Positions 1 through 10,259 of a DNA stretch of 33,901 bases are shown here, piece by piece. The translations under genes and the position numbers were made by a program. Location of the stretch: NCBI GenBank assembly GCA_026025795.1, contig JAPEUG010000015.1, positions 62,001 to 95,901 of the forward strand, in the 5' to 3' direction. Every line of letters starts with the position of its first letter. The first letter of the stretch is position 1. The notes beneath the pieces are model-generated. The model searched no databases. It was given only the letters and a program-made list of their open reading frames with translations, and was not told the origin of the DNA. The DNA is from Thelocarpon superellum (Eukaryota).

Positions 1-157
1 GCAACGACGCCATCACGTTTGTTGGAAGCTATATCTATATAATTCAGCTCATTGCGCTTTGCTGTATGTTACGTGATTCTCATTAGAAGCTTCGAAAGAA
101 TTATACGTCACGTCTCCAAAGCCCCGTGATCCCCCGCCCAGTGGTGGGCTACCCATC

Positions 158-2104
158 ATGGTTGCGTCAACAGGTGGGACGTCGGCCTCGGCTGGCGTGG
201 CTCTCGAGCACAGTGGTGCCGGACGGGAAACGCCCTCTCCCACGCCGTCGAAGAGCAAGACCGAGTTGCCCGACTTTCATCCCGGATGGCGCTTCATCGT
301 CGCCTTCTCCACGTTGTCCGTCATCACGCTCGCGGCGGCGCTGGATGCTACGTCCCTGAGCGTGGCTCTTCCTGTAGGCACAGACTGAGTAAGGCTGCGG
401 TGGTGGATACTGATCAGTGTGCAGATCATCTCCAGAGCTCTCAACGGCACTGCCATTGAAGCGTTCTGGTCCGGCACATCGTTTCTTCTCACGTCCACCG
501 TTTTGCAACCCAGCTTTGCATCGTTTTCCCACATCTTCGGACGAAAACCCGTGATCCTCACGGCCATCGTCTTGTTCGCAGTCGGCGCCATCATCGCCGC
601 CTTGGCCAATAACTTTGGCGTGCTGTTGGTCGGTCGATCCCTGCAGGGAATTGGCGGCGGAGGCATCATCGTCTTGACGGACGTCATCGTCACGGACCTG
701 ATCCCCCTGCGGCTCCGGGGCCAATGGTTCGGGTTCATCAGCATGATGTGGGCCATCGGCAGCGTCAGCGGTCCCATCATCGGCGGAGCCTTTGCGCAGA
801 ACGTCAGCTGGGTAGGATCACACCCGACTCACGAGCGGGGCAAGCATTTCCGCTGACCACAAGACAGCGGTGGATCTTCTGGATCAATCTGCCGCTGTGC
901 GGAATCGGATTTCTGATGATCCCCCCTTTCCTCCGTCTGAACTTCAAAGTCACGTCCTTGTCCGAGAAGCTCCGACGCGTAGACTGGTTCGGTTCAGTCC
1001 TGTTCGTTGCATCTGCGACCAGCTTCATGATCCCAATCACATGGGTACGTATCCCTACCCATTTAATCCTGGATCCTGATGGAAAGCACATGGCTAACTT
1101 GCCCCAGGGAGGCGTGATCTATTCATGGAGCTCCTTCCGGACCCTTGTCCCGCTCATCCTCGGCGGAGCCGGTCTGGTCGGCTTCATGTTCTATGAGGTC
1201 TACGTCGCCACAGAACCCATGATCCGGCCGCGGCTCTTCCGCAACCCGACGACGTCAATCGCGTATTTCGAGACCCTGCTCCACGGGATGATAGTAAGCT
1301 CGCCTTCCCATCCCCCTTCTCGAGCCACCACTCTTGCTAACCCACCTCCTCTCCCAGCTGTGGTGTCTGCTGTACTACCTCCCACTATACTACGAAGCTG
1401 TGAAGCACCTCTCGCCAATCCTCTCCGGCGTCGCGCTCTTCCCCCAGACCTTCACCGTTGCGCCGGCATCCGTCATCGTCGGTATAATCGTCAGCAGGAC
1501 CGGCCACTATCGATGGTCGCTGTGGTCCGGATGGGTACTGACGTGCGGCGGGATGGGACTTCTGTACCTGCTGGACGTCAACACATCCACCGTGTCCTGG
1601 ATATTCCTCAACCTCGTCGCGGGCCTCGGCACGGGCATCCTGTTCCCCAGCATGGCCTTCAGCATTCAGGCGTCGGTGCCGACCAAGGACGTCGCGTTCG
1701 CCGTGGCGCTCTTCTCCTTCTTCCGCGCCTTTGGTCAGAGCATCGGCGTCGCCGTCGGCGGCACCATCTTCCAGAATGAAATGCGCCGCAAGCTGCTCAC
1801 GCACCCGATCCTGGCGGGTGATGCGGATCAGTATGCTACCGACGCCGCGAGTCTCGTCCAGGTCATCAATCAGATGGATGTCGCGAATCCCCAGCGCACG
1901 CCCCTGGTGCAGTCTTATGCCGACGCCCTCAAGACCGTCTGGCTCGTCATGTGCGCCCTTGCGGCCGTGGCGCTCCTCACCAGCTTCTTCGTGAAGAGCT
2001 ACAGTCTGGATCAGGCACACGACACCGAACAGGGGTTCCAGCATCAGCGGAAACCAAAGGATGTCGAGGAGAAGGATGGGACGGGCGAGATGGGCTCGGG
2101 ATGA
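158..2104 (+). CDS. MFS drug:H+ antiporter-2 (DHA2, 14-TMS) family transporter, ~570 aa, 5 exons
   Basis: Exons 158-373, 425-811, 868-1044, 1108-1293, 1358-2104, all with GT-AG introns and CTRAC/CTRAT branch sites; total 1713 nt in frame. DHA2-type motifs: [80 protein letters not shown]. Confidence 0.93.
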
Positions 2105-2251
2105 TCCCTTTGCATCTTCTCCGGCGTCTCCACCCTCTGCATCTACTCGTGCATCTATTATAGACTCTGCCCTCTTTACTTTCATTCCCGCGTCTCCATA
2201 CTCCATCTAAAAGGGACTCTACTCAGACATAACCATCTGGCTACCTGACCA

Positions 2252-3547
2252 TCAACGATGCGGAGGTGGTTTCGAGGCATCACTGTTCCAGAAGTATTTG
2301 AAACCATTGGTAGCAGCGGTGAACATCAAGGAATTCGCCACGCTGGAGAGAACGCCGGTCCAGAATCCCCGACGCTGCAGCGCAGAACCCGATCGGACGG
2401 CGGTGACCTGGCCGCAGTCAGCATGTTGCACGTACGCGACGGTCAACACAACGCATCACCGTCAGGGGGTGATAGTGGAGCGGACTCCACGTACTTCCAT
2501 GATGGCTGGGCCCGCATCAATGGTCGAGTCAGTCGTGAGCTTGTTGCAGCCGGTAAGCACGACATACGCTTGGCCGTTGATGCCTTGCGGGATGACGATG
2601 GTGAAGCCGCCAGGGACGGGAGTCGCTGGGACAAAGACAGGCAAGGCCACGGTGAGGAAGGCGGCGTAGATCTGACTCAAGTTGGTCGCGGGCACGAACA
2701 CGTCGTGAGGCGTCAAGAGCTTCACCGTCTCGCCCGTCGTGATGGGCTTGGGAGTGGTCGGGTCAAGCTGCAAGAGAGGGAAGGACTTCAACGGCCAATT
2801 GGGGTTGGTGGAGGGGCAGGCGACGGTGAATTGAGCAGTAAGGGAAGTCACCTCGTCCATGTCCAAGGGGGTCACAAATGGCTGAGGGAAGGCACTCTCT
2901 CCCAGCACGCTGCGGAGATAGGCGTTGTGTTGGGCCTCAACCGTCAAGATGGAGGCCGCGTCCGTCAGATCGATCTTGTTCATAAAGTGCGCGGTGGCGC
3001 CGAGATAGGCTGATATTCCGACGCCTACATGGCGCGTCAGTCGAGGCCGGCAAAGGCAGGAGCAGAGCGATCACGGACCTTCGAGGACGCTGCTGAGCAT
3101 CATGAAATCTTTGGGAGTCGAAACCCCAAAGGCATAGGTGCATTCGGTCGCCGGGGTAGCGCCCGCAGCTACTGAATCAGCTTGCTGTATGATGGCAGCG
3201 AGGAGAACGACGTACCGGTGAGTCCGTCGGTGATGACCTTCACGTGGAACGACTCATGCTTGGACATCTCCATGAGGTTCTGGTAAACGGTGGCGTCGAA
3301 TCCCGCCGTGGCAAAGTCGGCCGCGGTGTAGTTCTCCAACCCCTCCCGATAGAACTTGTCCTGGAGATGCTCCACGGTCAAGGCATATTGGAAGACGTTA
3401 ACTAGAGGACGATGGTGAGCCTTGTCATGTGCCGTGTCTCTGTCCTGGCAACCTACTATCAGGCTTCTGGGCTTCGCTCTTCGCGGCGGGAGCGGCGATG
3501 CTCGTGCCCACCATCACAGCTCCCAGCAGAGCGATGTAGAACCTCAT
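2252..3547 (-). CDS. Secreted ferritin-like domain protein (Rds1/Ferritin_2-like), ~350 aa, 5 exons
   Basis: Exons 3547-3457, 3401-3216, 3168-3079, 3024-2495, 2407-2252 (1053 nt in frame). Signal peptide MRFYIALLGAVMVGTSIAAP. Family motifs DINVFQYALTVEHLQDKFY, SKHESFHV, LEGVGISAYLGA, SILTVEAQHNAYLR. The last exon is less certain; without that splice the protein stops at 2462. Confidence 0.85.
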
Positions 3548-4593
3548 TTTGAGATAGAGATGAAGGGCTCGAAATCTTGAAAGATTGGCAAGGCGGCAAG
3601 ATGAATTGTGGCAGGGCAAGCCCGAGGGCGGTGGGTCCCCGGGGATTTATGGCAATGACAGAGACGCCCAGGACCAGAGACAGGGAGAGGAGGGAATTTA
3701 TCTGGTAGGAAGGTGCCGCCATCGAGGGAGCAGTCGTCCGGTTGCGGCAGGGGCGACGAAGCATTTGCTCAGGAGAGCCATCGATGGATCACAAGGCCGG
3801 CTAGATGAGTAGCCGCGGTCGGGAAGACGAAGGGACCTCGGAACTGGACCAGTCAGAGACGGATACCGTTCAGATCAGCGTATCCAGAATAGAAATGGAC
3901 GATGTGCTAGACCTCTGCGAGGCGGTGACTCAACGACAATTCTGGAGCCCTGTACTCGACCTGATTGGGGGATATTCGCGACGGGTGCCCAACCGGGTAT
4001 TTCCCACACGCTCCGGTTAACATTCAGACCAAGCAGGATAGTCTAGGGAGGAAGCACGTAGCACGCCATCATTCACCACGAAATCGACCGCTCTGTGCCT
4101 CTTTGCATGGCTTGAACAGACTCGAGGGCACCCACGACCGCGTCAGGCTGTATGATGGGGAATACTTGACCCAAAATTTGCTGATCTGTCGAAAGGGTCG
4201 TGCATGCGTTGGACGGGATTGCAAGCAGACCAAGCCATTCTCGTGGATTGACCATGTCCAAACTGACGACCAGTGTAATCTTTGATCACGTTGCGCCTCG
4301 GGTGGCTCAAGACCCTTCGTATTGCATAACGGAGCGCGACATGTCGCCAAATTCTCACAAGTTGGAACCACGAGGACTTCAACATCGGTCTACTCTCGGA
4401 GCACTTGACCGCCCTCTCGAAGTTGTTGGCAGGGCTGGCTAGTGTGTAATATGCAGCCATGGGAGAGGCCGTCCTCCTGCTTAGGGATAGGCGTAGCAGG
4501 AGAGGGATAGGCAACGAAAAGGGAAGACATCTAGCTCGGGACTAGACTATCTCAGAATGCATGTTAGGCTCGCCTTCAGGTGAGATATGCACA

Positions 4594-5214
4594 TCAAGAA
4601 GTCGCATGCTTTACATCGACCGCATCATCGTCGTCGTCGTCGTCGTCGTCATCGCCCAACTTCAGCACTGCTCCACCCCACGACGGATCCACGATGCACG
4701 GGACATGAACACGATTATAGCTCGCCATGAAAATAGCATCTTCGACATTTTGCACATTTCCAAAGTCGACGACGAAGCGGGCGATGTTATCCTGAGGATA
4801 GGCAAGGTCCTGGTAACACACCCAGCCGTCCACCCATCCCGCGGCGCCGTGAAGATTGTCCAGAAGACCGCGGCAGTAGCTATCGTACGTCCAGTCGTAA
4901 AGCCAGACGGTGTAGCAATGTGAACGGGAGTTGTACTCGTGTCGACACCTCGCCGAACCAGACCCGAGCGGTCCTAGATCCGGCAGCATGGGCCATGTGG
5001 GCCAGGTTGGACCGGCGGTGATGTTGTGTGCGGTTGTGTTGTGGACGGTGGAGGAGATGGACGTGGTGGCGTTCCAGGGCAGAGAGGGAGAATGTGCTCG
5101 GAGGCGTGGGGGCGTGGGAGTAGGCGAGCCATGGACAACGATCCAGGTTGCCACGAAGGCGAGGCGCCTGTACCAAGCGGTCGTTGGGAGCACAGAGCAA
5201 AGGGAGGAACGCAT
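4594..5214 (-). CDS. Putative small secreted cysteine-containing protein with poly-Asp tail, ~206 aa
   Basis: Single exon from ATG 5214. It has a moderately hydrophobic N-terminal segment (LAFVATWIVVHG), an S/T/P linker with N-x-T sites, a compact domain (CRHEY..CYTVW..CRGLLDNLHG..W.C..ARF..VEDAIFMAS..VPC) and a run of 10 Asp. Confidence 0.65.
   Translation of the reverse strand: MRSSLCSVLPTTAWYRRLAFVATWIVVHGSPTPTPPRLRAHSPSLPWNATTSISSTVHNTTAHNITAGPTWPTWPMLPDLGPLGSGSARCRHEYNSRSHCYTVWLYDWTYDSYCRGLLDNLHGAAGWVDGWVCYQDLAYPQDNIARFVVDFGNVQNVEDAIFMASYNRVHVPCIVDPSWGGAVLKLGDDDDDDDDDDAVDVKHATS
4624..4653. repeat. (GAC/GAT)10 trinucleotide repeat encoding poly-Asp
   Basis: atcatc(gtc)7atc on the + strand, inside the C-terminus of the 4594-5214 CDS. 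Confidence 0.9.
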
Positions 5215-5775
5215 CTCGGGGCGCACATTGCACGCGAAAGGAAAGCAGGAAGGCAAGACTCAAGACGCGTGCCTCTCCGGACCTCGGCGGCCACGCCTGA
5301 GGGGAATGCCACAGGTCATGTATCCAAGGGCCACAGTCTCATGATCCTTGATATGAGGCAGTGACCTCTACTTGTAGGCACCGGTGCACGGCGATGGTCA
5401 GTCTGTGTTCAAATTGGCAGCTGCGTTGTGCGTTATGCGTTTGGGTTTGCGTTGGCATTTGCATGTGGACTTCGTGCCTAATCTCGCACGCAGTAACAGA
5501 CCGTCCCACCAATGAATCGGTGCTTCCCACGGTCTTAGGGACATCAGGCAAGTCGCGCTCAACGTCGCCTATCGCGCAGGAACATTAAAAATCAGCACTT
5601 GCCAGCCGTCTCGTGCATTCAGCACTACGTGGATGAGATTCTCCACCCCCGGTGTTCAGCGGAGATGCTGGCACCAAGTAATTCATGGATCACTGTATAG
5701 ATCTACTCCGCTATCTACACGTCTACGATCACACTCGTACATTCCATCAGCGCCTGCGAAGTTTTGCGTCGTCCG

Positions 5776-8260
5776 TTATTTCAGCTCCCGCCGTAGAATG
5801 GGTGGAGGATCGGTGAATTCCCTGGGCAGATTATCGACGAGTCGCGTGGCGGTCTGGTAGAGGCTGTCAAACGAAGGCAGGGGCGGGGCTGGAGGCGGAG
5901 TTGGGGGTGAAGATGTTCCAAGCGCATCCGAGAGAGCACCATCGACCTCCGTCTCATCGACCTCCGTCTCCTCGGATGCAGACGCCGCTTCCATGAGTAG
6001 TCGGAGCTCGCACCGTCGCCCACCCGTTCTTCCTGCCTCGATGCTGATGTATTGCGCTCGCATGCCATCGTACTCAAGCTCGACTGTCTGGCGATGATCA
6101 AGACCAGCAAAAAGGTATTCGACCTCGACCTCGTCGTTGGCCCCGTCCGTGGCGCTCTCCACGGATTCCATCGGCAGAGATGTCCACCTTGGGACCTTCA
6201 CCCGTAGCGTTGTCGGCGTCCGTAGATATCCACGTCCCTTGATGTTCAATTGGCTGTCCGCGAAGAATTGGGCAATGCCACGGGCAGCCTCCGGTCCCGT
6301 CACTGGCCGGTAGCATCGATGCACAAATCGAACATCAGCGGCCCGGTGTGGAAGCATCAAGTCTGCAAGCGACTCTTTCATGATGGCGTAGACACTGTCC
6401 AGTTGAGGTTCTTGAGTCACGGCATCCACGTTGACGACGATCTCGAGGGGCGGAGGCGGGTTGCCCAGGTCCCCATCAGCAAGCTCCCAGGGAGATGGCA
6501 CAGCACGGATGATGAGGTGCTCCGTAGGGAGAGGTTGGACAAGCCGCAAATCGAGGGCAAACTGCGAGATGCCGGGGGCGGAGTATGAGAAGGATCGATT
6601 TCCTGCACGTCGCTCCAGCAGCTTCTGCACTGTCGTTGAAGTCGAGGTCGACGGACGGGATGACTCATGCAGCACTTGGCCAAGAACTGCGTAAGTTTGA
6701 TACACGGTGTCGAGGTCAGCGGAAGGTGCCAGGTGGAACAAGTCTTTCAACTCAGACAAGATCCTCTGATGTTCTCCATCGTGATCAACACCGGCGAGGG
6801 CTGGTGTTCCTGCGTCGAGGGCGTGGGGCTTTGGAGTGGCGTACTGAAGCCTTTGCCAGTGTCTCCGTCGCTGGTTCCAATCCAACCCGTGTAGTGACGT
6901 GGCTGAGTAGAGCAATCCACGGGATTTGGGAGCCCCAGCGCAGAGGACATAGGCCTGGTTGACAGCTGGCGTTGGAAGCGAGGTGAGGAGAAGACGTCGC
7001 GCGTCCTCGGCGTCCCTCGATCCGAGGCTATGAATCACGAGCTGCTCACCGGGTCAGATCTGGAGCAGTCCAAGTCCTGCAAGTCCATACCTTGCTTTTG
7101 TCTTCCGCCCACTCAAAGACGGTTCCGGTGACGTGAATGATGGCGTTCATCACGGCCGTGTCCACCACATCAGTCCCGCTTGAGTCATCTTGAGTGGATG
7201 GTCGGAGTGGTCCCAGATCGATCTCCATACTGCGCGCATTGCCAAGAATCTTGCCGATGTCGCGAAGAACATGGCTGGAGGTAGATTGATCCGCCGTGAC
7301 CCTCACGATTCCTCGCGAGCGAGACACGTCGATCCTGGCGTTGCGCTTTTCGGCCAGCGTTTGGAGGAGCGCCCGTCCTGGACGCGGTTAGTGATGGGAT
7401 GACATGGGGAGGGAGCTGAACGAACGTTCACTCAGCAAGAGGGAGATCTCTCGCGGCGGGAACTTGATCTCCAGCTCGCCAACGCCCTCTTCTGCTTTGA
7501 TTCTGAGCCCCCATCCGCTCCGCAGAAGCTCTGAGACCAGGCGATGCTTCAGCGTGCGTCCCGAACGAGCAAGTGGCTTCGCTTTTCCCTTTCCCCCTTT
7601 CCCGAATGGCGTGACCCCGGGGGTCCATTCGGAGGCGTCCAGTCCGGTGTGCAGGTCCTGATTGGCCTGGGATGCAAGGGGTAGAGGTCGTTGTCGTGCT
7701 TTCTCGAGAAAAGCTTGTAGCTGCTTGGTGGTAAAGCCGTCATAAATCGTCTTCGCCAGGCGTTCGAATTCGGCGCGCGATAACTCCAAGCCGGCATCGT
7801 GTGGAAGGAGCTTGTGCAAGTTCTGCTGGACTTCATTCTCTTCCGCCAGGCCTCTCTCCGCCTTGACCGAGCCCAACAGATCTTGTGCACTCAGGCTGTG
7901 CGATTCCGACGGCTCAATGGACGCCAGTGACGGCGGGTTTCCCACACGGGCGCTGCGGTCGGTTTCGTGCAGGATGATGACTTCGGATGGTGTGCCCAAG
8001 GACGGCTTGCCCAAGGTAGCAGTCTCTTCTCGCGGCCGAAACCCACGCCATCGACCGTCACCCCGAAGTCTCAACGGTCTCGAGCTGGCGCGGCCACGTT
8101 CTCGTGGCGCGTCGTCGAGCAGGTCCAATTGCGACAAGGTCGAATAGACGTGAGACGCGTTTCTGCGTGATGTCGGGTGGCGTCGTGGAGCTCCGAGCCA
8201 CCACAGGCGTGCCTGACATCTCAGACATGCGGCCGAGCTCAAAGGCGGAAGAGCCGGCAT
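5776..8260 (-). CDS. SLS1: SLS1-like mitochondrial inner-membrane-bound regulator, ~795 aa, 3 exons
   Basis: Exons 8260-7426, 7377-7091, 7041-5776 (2388 nt in frame). Arg-rich mitochondrial-type presequence (CLRCQARL..RR). Recognised blocks: LGKPSLGTPSEVIIL, IYDGFTTKQL, GVGELEI, YAVLGQVLH, DLMLPHRAADVRF, VEYLFAGLDHRQ, YISIEAGRTGGRRCELRL. Confidence 0.75.
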
Positions 8261-8546
8261 CAAGGTTATTGGGCGAAGCAATGCTGTCGTAGAGCTGTTC
8301 AAAGATGCGCCATGATGTCGATGAGAAACCTGAGCTCCAGTAAATGGCTTACGTAAGGCTTGGATCGAGGACCTCGAAAGAGAGACCGTGGGAGAGAACT
8401 TCGCTCCCTCTGATATCCGCCGTGCACGCGGTCCACAGTTCCTTCAAATACGAGTACGTGGTTGAATTGTCTGCTTCTAATATGACTGCTGAATGGAAAC
8501 CATCTGCGTAGGTATAGATGTTTGTGCGTTCTTTCAGCACATGTAC

Positions 8547-9928
8547 TCATCCCGTCAGTGGGAGGCGCCAGCTCCTGAGATCCTCCCTGGCCGAGAATTC
8601 GTCAACCTCGTCACGACCGCCCTGAGAGGCACTCACGACTCCCTGAGAACGTGCATGGTTACGGCCCGAGCGCCGGTTGGATCCGCTACCGGCACTGTCA
8701 CTTCCAGATTCCTTGCTGAGCGGGCCGGACGATGATCGGACCCTGCCGTTGACCGCCTTGCTCGGTCCCCGAGAATCTGATACTTGTCGGCGGTGGTGTC
8801 GCTGAGGCTCTCGGTCGCTGTAAGAGGCGCTGTCATCGCCTTCATCGAGATCGTCACCCGCATGTGACGCCGTTGGCAGTTCATCCTTGCTCCGCCATCC
8901 GCTCCCACCCGCAAAGATGTTTTCGATACACTGGTCCGCGGGAAGTTCGCCAACCTGCGCGGCCCAGGAGCTGGCCAAGGTACGCCGATACATGTCCTGC
9001 ATTTCGCCATTCTCTCGTGTCCTGGAGTGTAGAAGAGGGATGTCTAGAGCGTGTTAGCCACATGTCGCTGGGCCAGAACAGATGGCATCGAGGCACTCAC
9101 GTCCCGGATCATCCGGTTCGGTCTGTTCCGAAGACATGATCCCGGCGATGCCGCCAAAGACCGGCGCAGACCGTAGAGGAGGACTAGAGAGTGCGGGTCA
9201 GTTTCGCCAGCAGCCATGAGAAAAGGTCGTGACCAACGCGACGAAATTTCGATCGCCTTCCGTTTGCTTCATCCCGACACAGATCTAGGTCGGTCAGCAG
9301 GGTCTCGCACCAACCAGAGCCGTCGTCACCTTCAAAGTGCTGTTGATCTTGCTCCCCTGCATGAGATATCTTCTGGTGATCCCCTCATCGCCGTCCCCGT
9401 CGCCACCTTCCACGTATTCGGACAGGTTCAGGCGCACATGTCCAAGGATGATGCGCTCGCCTTTGCCTCCGGCCGAATACTCCTGTAGCACCTCGAAGTG
9501 GATCTCCGACTCTTGCAGCATCCCATTTTTGTCGACCGTCAATTTCACGGGCAGTGACTTCTCGTACTCCCACGCCACCTTGTGGTCTTTGATGGTCGCT
9601 TTGGGGGTGTAGCCGCGATGTTCGGCCGAGATGGACGAAGGTAGGTGCCATTTGATGTATGACGTGCCCGATACCAGCGGCACATTGTTGAGATCGACAA
9701 TCTAGAGCAAATTGTCAGGAAGGATGTCTCCTATCCGGCATACTGTCTGGACGGTCTCCGTCATCTCGAACCTTGAGGCGGAGTTCAAACTTGGGCTACG
9801 TTTCTCCCATCAGTATCCAATTGGGCTCCAGCAATCTCCAACTGACCCGCCGATTCTTGGGCACTGGGGCACGGTCAGCGGTGCTTCGTCACGCATTCAG
9901 ATTGCTGCTCCTGACCGAAAGCCTGCAT
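8547..9928 (-). CDS. NT-C2 (EEIG1/EHBP1 N-terminal C2) domain protein, ~350 aa, 7 exons
   Basis: Exons 9928-9916, 9863-9847, 9795-9772, 9701-9330, 9284-9238, 9183-9101, 9043-8547 (1053 nt in frame). Spliced N-terminus MQAFVPKNRRPKFELRLKIVDLNNVPLVSG; further motifs LGHVRLNLSEYV, RRYLMQGSKINSTLK, ADQCIENIFAGGSGW. Confidence 0.88.
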
Positions 9929-10259
9929 GGTCATTTCATGTCTTTATTGGATAGGCAATCGGATCGACGAGGCTGTCACCATCAGAGAGCAGAGGCAGCT
10001 GTCATCTCCCCGCCTAGGAGTGCTTGACATGTGAACGCTTGATCGCCTGGAGCTTGGTCGCTTCGGGTCCAATGAGAGCTCCTCTCTCATTCCAGCTGTT
10101 TCCGACGCCACCGAAACGTAAGGTGACCGGCAAAGCGACCGATTAATAATAACTGTGGAGAGATCATGTAGAACTCGAATCCATGACGAGCCAAAAGCTC
10201 ATGAATCTCGTGACAAGAAGGCCCGACTAACGTGCTGCCTTTTCTCCGAGAGGCAAACC

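Noticed and set aside
724..1779. 351-aa ORF, and other long overlapping or antisense ORFs (e.g. 1385-2206, 2258-3013, 24162-25103, 30586-31359)
   Set aside because: These are read-through of introns or shadow frames of real genes, expected with high GC and codon bias.
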